Origin: Candidatus Omnitrophota bacterium
GTDB taxonomy: Bacteria; Omnitrophota; Gorgyraeia; Zapsychrales; JANLHA01
Reading direction: 5' to 3'
DNA: 64,000 bases
NCBI GenBank assembly: GCA_040753435.1
Contig: JBFMEN010000062.1
Coordinates: 6,726 to 70,725 of the forward strand
How positions within the stretch are numbered: the first letter of the stretch is position 1; every line of letters begins with the position of its first letter. Under the pieces are notes generated by a model. The model saw nothing but the letters and a program-made list of their open reading frames with translations, made no database searches and had not been told where the DNA came from. The translations under genes were made by a program, and so were the position numbers. Shown in pieces: positions 58,517-64,000 of the stretch.

Positions 58517-59382
58517 GCAGTCTGAGAGATAAAAAGTTCCTGCCAATACCGTCAAATTTATCTGTTCTGACGCTGGCGTCAGCGCTGATATTAGCGCTGT
58601 TGTTGACGCCGGGACTTCTTGCGCAGGAGGTTGTGACGCAGCAGGTGGATGGTTTTACCCTGGAGGGATTTGATGAGAACGGGCAGCGATCCTGGGAAGT
58701 TAATGGGCAGACGGCCGACATCTTCGGGGATACGATCAAGATTTTAAATGTCGACGCGAATACTTATGGGGAACAGGAAGTCAACCTGAAAGCCGACACC
58801 GGGGAAGTCGACAAGAAAAGCGGCAATGTTCATTTGCAGGACAACGTGGTGATCACGACCAGGGAGGGAAGTCAGCTTAAGACAGATTCCCTTGACTGGG
58901 AAAAAGAGAAAAATCTGGTTGTCACTGAGGATTCGGCGGAGATTACGGATAAAGCGATCAAGGCAACCGGGGTGGGTTTAACAGCCCATCCTGAACTTAA
59001 GACGGCCCAGCTCGAAAAAAATATCGTTGTTGAAGTTGAGGCCGAAAAAGCCGATTCCGAGAATCAAAAAGAACAAATCGTGATTACATGTGACGGGCCT
59101 ATGGAGCTTGATCAGAGGAACAATCTGGCGATCCTCAAGGAGAACGTTGTCGCCATCAGAGGGGACGAGACTCTTAAGGCGGATTTGGTTGAAGTGTTTT
59201 TTGACCCGGTTACGCGCCGCATTGTTTCGATTATCTGTACGGATAATGTATCGGTTCAGCGCGGGGATAATATTTCTTATGCTGATAAGGCGGTTTATAA
59301 TGCTGCTGACCAAAAAGTTATTTTTATCGGTCGTCCCAAGCTGATCATGACATCAGAAGAGAAGAATAAGTCTTTTTTTTAG
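58513..59382 (+). CDS. LptC/LptA (OstA-like) domain periplasmic protein
   Basis: N-terminal signal-anchor; two successive beta-jellyroll-like segments; location between kdsC and lptB exactly where lptC-lptA sit in the conserved kdsD-kdsC-lptC-lptA-lptB operon. Confidence 0.6.
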   Translation: MSSLRDKKFLPIPSNLSVLTLASALILALLLTPGLLAQEVVTQQVDGFTLEGFDENGQRSWEVNGQTADIFGDTIKILNVDANTYGEQEVNLKADTGEVDKKSGNVHLQDNVVITTREGSQLKTDSLDWEKEKNLVVTEDSAEITDKAIKATGVGLTAHPELKTAQLEKNIVVEVEAEKADSENQKEQIVITCDGPMELDQRNNLAILKENVVAIRGDETLKADLVEVFFDPVTRRIVSIICTDNVSVQRGDNISYADKAVYNAADQKVIFIGRPKLIMTSEEKNKSFF

Positions 59383-59465
59383 AATTTTAGCTAAATAATC
59401 TTTAATTTTATGGAAACAGTATTATAATAACCTTTTCTTAGACAGCCCTGGAGTGATTTCACGTT

Positions 59466-60194
59466 ATGTCCGTTCACCTTTTAGAAACACATGAATTGGG
59501 AAAAACTTACGGCGGCCGTAAAGTCGTTGACGGCCTCAGTATTTCGGTTGGCCGCTCTGAAATCGTTGGAATTCTCGGCCCTAACGGAGCCGGGAAGACG
59601 ACATCTTTCTATATGATCGTTGGCATTATTTCGTGCGATACCGGGAATATTTATTTTGATCAGGTCGATATAACCCGCTTACCGATTCACGAACGATGCC
59701 GTTTGGGAGTCGGATATCTGGCGCAGGAACCCTCTATTTTCCGGAAACTGACGGTTGAAGAAAATATCATGGCGGTGCTTGAGACGCTCAGGATAAGCCC
59801 CCGGGAACGGCGCCGCAGATTAAATTCGTTGCTTGAAGAATTAAATATTGCCCATCTGGCCAAAAGTAAAGCTTATACTTTATCAGGCGGAGAGCGGCGC
59901 CGGCTTGAAATCACCAGGGCTCTGGTGAACAATCCTTCGTTCTTGCTGCTGGACGAGCCGTTTTCAGGCATTGATCCGATTGTAGTTGCTGAGGCGCAGG
60001 AAATCATCCGCGATTTGAAAAACAGGGGGTTGGGTATCTTGTTGACGGACCATAATGTCCGTGAGACATTGTCTATCACAGACAGGGCTTATTTAATCGT
60101 TGACGGAAAAATCCTGATTTCGGGAACGGCCGAAGACCTGATCAATAATCCGAAGGCTAAAGAAATTTATCTTGGCGAAAAGTTCAGGATGTGA
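59466..60194 (+). CDS. lptB: LPS export ABC transporter ATP-binding protein
   Basis: GPNGAGKTT Walker A, LSGGERRRLEI signature, LLLDEPF Walker B; ~240 aa with LptB C-terminal tail. Confidence 0.9.
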   Translation: MSVHLLETHELGKTYGGRKVVDGLSISVGRSEIVGILGPNGAGKTTSFYMIVGIISCDTGNIYFDQVDITRLPIHERCRLGVGYLAQEPSIFRKLTVEENIMAVLETLRISPRERRRRLNSLLEELNIAHLAKSKAYTLSGGERRRLEITRALVNNPSFLLLDEPFSGIDPIVVAEAQEIIRDLKNRGLGILLTDHNVRETLSITDRAYLIVDGKILISGTAEDLINNPKAKEIYLGEKFRM

Positions 60195-60237
60195 TCAATC
60201 AAAAGCTAAATCAACCTAAAATTTTACAACAAGAGGA

Positions 60238-61149
60238 ATGAAACAAATGAAGGTTGCAATAAAAAAACTGGATGCTTTAAAAAGGGAGTTGAATTTTGAA
60301 GTTTCAAAAGAACGTGTATCGAAGAAGATAGAAGAAGTTTTCAAGGATATAACCCGTGAAGCCAAAGTGAAAGGTTTCAGACCGGGTAAGGCGCCGCGGC
60401 ATGTGATTGAATCTGAGTATGGCGGCCTGGCTAAGGAAGAAGCGATCAAGAAGATTATCCCTGAGGTTTATCAGGAAGCCCTGGAAAAAGAATCAATCTC
60501 TCCCCTTGATTATCCTGAAATCGGTGCAGTGGAGTTTAAGGACGGAATCCTGAAGTTTACGGCGGGGATCGAGGTCAAACCGGAGGTTAAGGTTACCAAT
60601 TACAAAGGGATTGCCGTCACCAGGAAAAGTTCAGCTGTTACTGATGAAGAACTTGCCAAAACCTTGGAATATTTTCAGAAGGGTCAGAGCAAGGAAGGGG
60701 AAAAGACTGAGATTAATGATGATTTTGTTAAGGGGCTGGGGTATCCCAATCTGGATACGTTTAAAGATTCTCTTAAGCGGCAAATGGAGATCGACAAGGA
60801 CCGCCAGAACCGTATGGATGTGGAGCGGCAGATTACCGATGTATTGGTGAAAAATGCGAAACTGACGGTTCCTCAATCGCTGGTTCAGAAGCAGCAGGAG
60901 TACCGTTTAAGCGATTTGAAGCGGCGTTTGAAATCCCAGGGGCTGCCTGATGAGGAGATTGAGAAGCGCGCGAATGAAATGACGAAAGATATGAAGGAAC
61001 TGGTAGAGCGGGACGTTAAATTGTTTTTGATTTTTGACAAGATCGCGGAAGATGAAAAAATTCAGGTCAAACAGGGAGAGAATGTGCCGGCAAAGGTGAT
61101 GGAGTTTCTTATGAAAGAGGCTCAATGGCAAGACGAAAAGATAAAATAA
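60238..61149 (+). CDS. tig: Trigger factor lacking the PPIase (FKBP) domain
   Basis: N-terminal ribosome-binding domain with GFRPGKAP signature, then C-terminal chaperone arms; only 303 aa, central PPIase absent; followed by clpP as in tig-clpP-clpX. Confidence 0.8.
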   Translation: MKQMKVAIKKLDALKRELNFEVSKERVSKKIEEVFKDITREAKVKGFRPGKAPRHVIESEYGGLAKEEAIKKIIPEVYQEALEKESISPLDYPEIGAVEFKDGILKFTAGIEVKPEVKVTNYKGIAVTRKSSAVTDEELAKTLEYFQKGQSKEGEKTEINDDFVKGLGYPNLDTFKDSLKRQMEIDKDRQNRMDVERQITDVLVKNAKLTVPQSLVQKQQEYRLSDLKRRLKSQGLPDEEIEKRANEMTKDMKELVERDVKLFLIFDKIAEDEKIQVKQGENVPAKVMEFLMKEAQWQDEKIK

Positions 61150-61171
61150 TTGTCAATGAAGGAGGGAGAGC

Positions 61172-61771
61172 ATGGATGCGTTTTCGCAATTAATTCCGAT
61201 GGTGGTTGAAAAATCAACGCATGGCGAACGGGCGTATGATATTTATTCAAGATTGTTAAAAGAACGGATAGTCTTTATTGGAACGGCTATCGATGATAAC
61301 GTGGCAAACGTTATCATCGCTCAACTGCTTTTCCTGCAGAGTGAAGACGCCCACAAGGACATTCATATTTATATCAATTCTCCGGGGGGGGCTGTGACTG
61401 CGGGGCTGGCCATTTATGACACGATGCAATTTATTAAGCCCGATGTCTCCACGTATTGTATAGGGCAGGCAGCCAGTATGGGGGCTGTTTTGCTTGCGGC
61501 TGGGACAAAGGGAAAACGTTTTTCTTTGCCTTACTCAAGGATCATGATTCATCAGCCCTGGGGGGGAACGCAGGGAACGGCCAGTGATATTTCGATTCAG
61601 GCCAAAGAAATTCTGAGAATGAAGGAAGAGCTTGCAAAAATCCTTGCTTCCCACACCGGGCAAACCGTGGGAAAGGTTGTTGAAGACTCGGATCGTGATT
61701 TTTTCATGTCGGCCCAGGAGGCCAAAGAATACGGACTGGTCGATCAGGTTATTGTCTCGGCGAAAAAATAG
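61172..61771 (+). CDS. clpP: ATP-dependent Clp protease proteolytic subunit
   Basis: ..[14 protein letters not shown].. (Ser), MIHQP (His), 199 aa. Confidence 0.9.
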   Translation: MDAFSQLIPMVVEKSTHGERAYDIYSRLLKERIVFIGTAIDDNVANVIIAQLLFLQSEDAHKDIHIYINSPGGAVTAGLAIYDTMQFIKPDVSTYCIGQAASMGAVLLAAGTKGKRFSLPYSRIMIHQPWGGTQGTASDISIQAKEILRMKEELAKILASHTGQTVGKVVEDSDRDFFMSAQEAKEYGLVDQVIVSAKK

Positions 61772-61828
61772 ATAAAAATTTTTTAAGTGATTTCAGATCA
61801 TTTATACCGAAAGGAAGGGGAGCAGGTT

Positions 61829-62968
61829 ATGAAACGAAATCTTTTGTTAACACCGGGCCCAACCCAGGTTCCACCAAATCTATGTGAGGTATTGGGAAGA
61901 CCGATTATTCATCATCGAACGCCCCAGTTTCAGTCTTATTTAAAGGAAGCGATCGAGGGCCTGCAGTTTGTCCTGCAGACGAAAAATGATGTTTATTTGA
62001 TGGCATCTTCAGGGACGGGAGCGATGGAAGCAAGCATGTGCAGCATGATTTCCGAGGGAGACAAAGTCATTACCGTTGAATCGGGGAAATTTGGGGAACG
62101 CTGGACAGAGTTAGCAAAGGCCTTTCGCGCCCAGCCGATTGTTATGCAGATCAAATGGGGGACAGCCGTCAAGGCTGCCGAGATTGAAGTGAAGTTAAAA
62201 GAAGATCCTTCGATCAAGGCTGTTTTTATCACATTATGTGAAACCTCGACCGGTGTTTCTCCTGATGTCAAAGCGATTGCTGATGTCGTCAGAAAAACCA
62301 ATGCCATCCTGGTGATTGATGCCGTTAGCGGTCTTGGGATCATGGATTTGAAAATGGACGAGTGGGGAATCGATGTGGTTGCCTCCGCTTCGCATAAAGG
62401 GTTTATGCTTCCTCCCGGGCTGGCCTTCGTTGCAGTTAGCCCGAAAGCCAAGGCCATGATGGAGAAATCAACCGCTCCCAAGTATTATTTCGATTTGCGC
62501 AAATATGCCAAAATGTATGATAAGGTGGATACTCCGTTCACTCCTGCCATCGGTATCGTGATTGCCCTTACTGAAAGCTTGAAAATGTTTAAGGAAAAGG
62601 GGCTGGAGGCGGCTTTTGCTTCCTATGCCAGGTTAGCAAAAGGCGTGACGGCAGCGGTGGAGGGGTTGGGACTTGAAGTTTATCCTGTCCCTGAAGCAAG
62701 ATCCAATGTGTTAACCGCCGTCAGGATTCCGGAAGGAATTGACAGCGGAAAAGTTGTAAAGTTGATGAGAGACACTTACGGCATTTCCGTGGCCGGAGGC
62801 CAGGGTGATCTTAAGGGCAAGGTTATCCGTATAGCTCATATGGGTTGTCTTGATGAGTATGACATTATTACCGGTATCTCGTGTCTTGAAAAAGTTCTCA
62901 AACAGTTGGGATACAAGTTTGAATTGGGCGCAGGGGTTGCGGCTGCCCAGCGGTATTTCAATAGTTAA
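61829..62968 (+). CDS. Class-V aminotransferase (serine-pyruvate / phosphoserine aminotransferase type)
   Basis: LLTPGPTQVP N-terminus, PLP-Lys region ..VVASASHKGFMLPPGLA..; AGGAAGGGGAGCAGG RBS before ATG 61829; adjacent to serA. Confidence 0.8.
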   Translation: MKRNLLLTPGPTQVPPNLCEVLGRPIIHHRTPQFQSYLKEAIEGLQFVLQTKNDVYLMASSGTGAMEASMCSMISEGDKVITVESGKFGERWTELAKAFRAQPIVMQIKWGTAVKAAEIEVKLKEDPSIKAVFITLCETSTGVSPDVKAIADVVRKTNAILVIDAVSGLGIMDLKMDEWGIDVVASASHKGFMLPPGLAFVAVSPKAKAMMEKSTAPKYYFDLRKYAKMYDKVDTPFTPAIGIVIALTESLKMFKEKGLEAAFASYARLAKGVTAAVEGLGLEVYPVPEARSNVLTAVRIPEGIDSGKVVKLMRDTYGISVAGGQGDLKGKVIRIAHMGCLDEYDIITGISCLEKVLKQLGYKFELGAGVAAAQRYFNS

Positions 62969-62986
62969 TAAGGGAAAGGGTTTGTT

Positions 62987-64000
62987 ATGAAAATTCTTAT
63001 TACTGATAAATTAGAAAAAGAAGGCATTGATATCTTTAAAGCCGTCAAGGATTTTCAAGTTGACTGCAAGTATGATTTGACTCCGGAGCAGTTGAAAGAG
63101 GAGATTAAGGGTTACGATGCCCTGATCATTCGAAGCGGGACAAAGGTGACGGCTGAGATCATAGAAGCCACTGATAAACTAAAGTATATAGGACGGGCCG
63201 GGGTGGGGTTGGATAACGTAGATTTAAAAGCGGCCACGAAGAAGGGAATTGTGGCCATGAATACGCCGGCCGGTAATACCACGGCGACGGCCGAGCAGAC
63301 GATGAGTTTGATCCTTTCGCTGGCTCGCAAGATTCCGCAAGCCTACAATTCGGTGCGGGCTGGAAAGTGGGACCGTTCCAGTTTTAAAGGAGTCGAGCTT
63401 TATGGCAAGATTATCGGTATTGTTGGTCTGGGAAGAATCGGATCAACAGTCGCCCGCATGGCCAAAGGTTTCGGAATGAAAGTTATCGGGTATGATCCCT
63501 ATCTTTCGGCGGAAATCGGTGAGAAACGCGGAATCGAAATGGTGGGTTTGGAGGATTTGCTGAAGCAGTCGGATTTTATCACGCTCCATCTTCCGAAAAC
63601 ACCTGAAACTGTCGGTATCATTAATGAGAATGAGTTTGCCATGATGAAGCCGACTGCACGGGTGATTAACTGTGCCCGCGGTGGAATTATCGATGAAGAT
63701 GCATTGGTGAAGGCGCTTAAGGAAAAGCGAATCGCAGGAGCGGCGGTTGATGTTTACGCAAAAGAGCCGCCAGATCCAAAACATCCTCTTTTCGAATGTG
63801 ACAATTGCGTGACAACTCCCCATTTGGGCGCTTCAACTTCTGAAGCCCAAATCAATGTGGCCATTGAAATTGCGGAGACGGTGCGTAACGCCTTACTGGG
63901 AAAAGGCATCGCCAATGCGGGCAATTTCCCGTCGGTGTCAGCCGAAGCTTACGCGGTTCTTTCGCCCTATATCAGTTTAGGAGAGAAGATGGGGTTGTTT
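62987..64000 (+). CDS. serA: D-3-phosphoglycerate dehydrogenase (3' end beyond window)
   Basis: Open frame from ATG 62987 to window end: MKILITDKL..., NAD-binding GIVGLGRIGSTVARMA, catalytic ..RGGIIDEDAL.. His/Glu region; not in supplied ORF track because no stop within window. Confidence 0.85.
   Translation, partial: MKILITDKLEKEGIDIFKAVKDFQVDCKYDLTPEQLKEEIKGYDALIIRSGTKVTAEIIEATDKLKYIGRAGVGLDNVDLKAATKKGIVAMNTPAGNTTATAEQTMSLILSLARKIPQAYNSVRAGKWDRSSFKGVELYGKIIGIVGLGRIGSTVARMAKGFGMKVIGYDPYLSAEIGEKRGIEMVGLEDLLKQSDFITLHLPKTPETVGIINENEFAMMKPTARVINCARGGIIDEDALVKALKEKRIAGAAVDVYAKEPPDPKHPLFECDNCVTTPHLGASTSEAQINVAIEIAETVRNALLGKGIANAGNFPSVSAEAYAVLSPYISLGEKMGLF

Noticed and set aside
1-64000. CRISPR arrays, rRNA genes, transposases/integrases of IS elements
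   Set aside because: No regularly spaced direct repeats, no rRNA-like conserved stretches, and no transposase-like ORF were seen; the only recombinase is a housekeeping XerC/D-type gene in normal topA-xerC context.

Overview
This 64 kb window looks like the chromosome of a Gram-negative (diderm) bacterium, possibly from a candidate phylum, with roughly 50% GC; almost all named genes are on the + strand.

The readable backbone, in order:
- tsf (3' part), pyrH, frr, then a tRNA cluster (Lys-UUU, Leu-UAG, Gly-GCC).
- ptsN, a YvcK-family protein with an N-terminal membrane extension, ptsH, ptsI.
- A sugar-phosphate nucleotidyltransferase, metK, ahcY.
- A lipid-linked-glycan membrane cluster: an ArnC/GtrB-like GT2 translationally overlapped by a GT-C-type membrane glycosyltransferase, a divergent TMTC-like (multi-TM plus TPR) protein, a cis-prenyltransferase (uppS-like) and a 700-aa polytopic membrane protein.
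- LemA and a partner membrane protein.
- ilvC, leuA, aroE, pilD, aroK, dprA, topA, xerC.
- A long lipid A / Kdo / heptose / Lpt block: waaA, lpxK, an LpxL-ELM1-like fusion, a GT4-GT9 fusion, a GT4, three heptosyltransferases, the hldE kinase domain, kdsB, kdsA, kdsD, kdsC, an LptC/A-like protein, lptB.
- tig (lacking the PPIase domain), clpP, a class-V aminotransferase and serA (3' end outside the window).

The most unusual region is about 20.0 to 30.0 kb. Two paralogous secreted proteins (about 1690 and 840 aa) share a roughly 350-aa N-terminal domain I do not recognise and a roughly 60-aa C-terminal motif. The larger one also carries HEAT-like repeats and a clan-CD (caspase/clostripain-like) His...Cys peptidase signature. 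They are arranged back-to-back around a Met-rich secreted protein and a DUF1016-N / staphylococcal-nuclease-like fusion.

Other notable points are a four-helix-bundle gene with an in-frame TAA inside an inverted-repeat element, a second miniature inverted-repeat element, a dispersed GAAGAGCGAA intergenic motif, and a candidate small-peptide / sRNA locus between two intrinsic terminators.

Everything here is from reading the sequence and motifs by eye; no database search was run.
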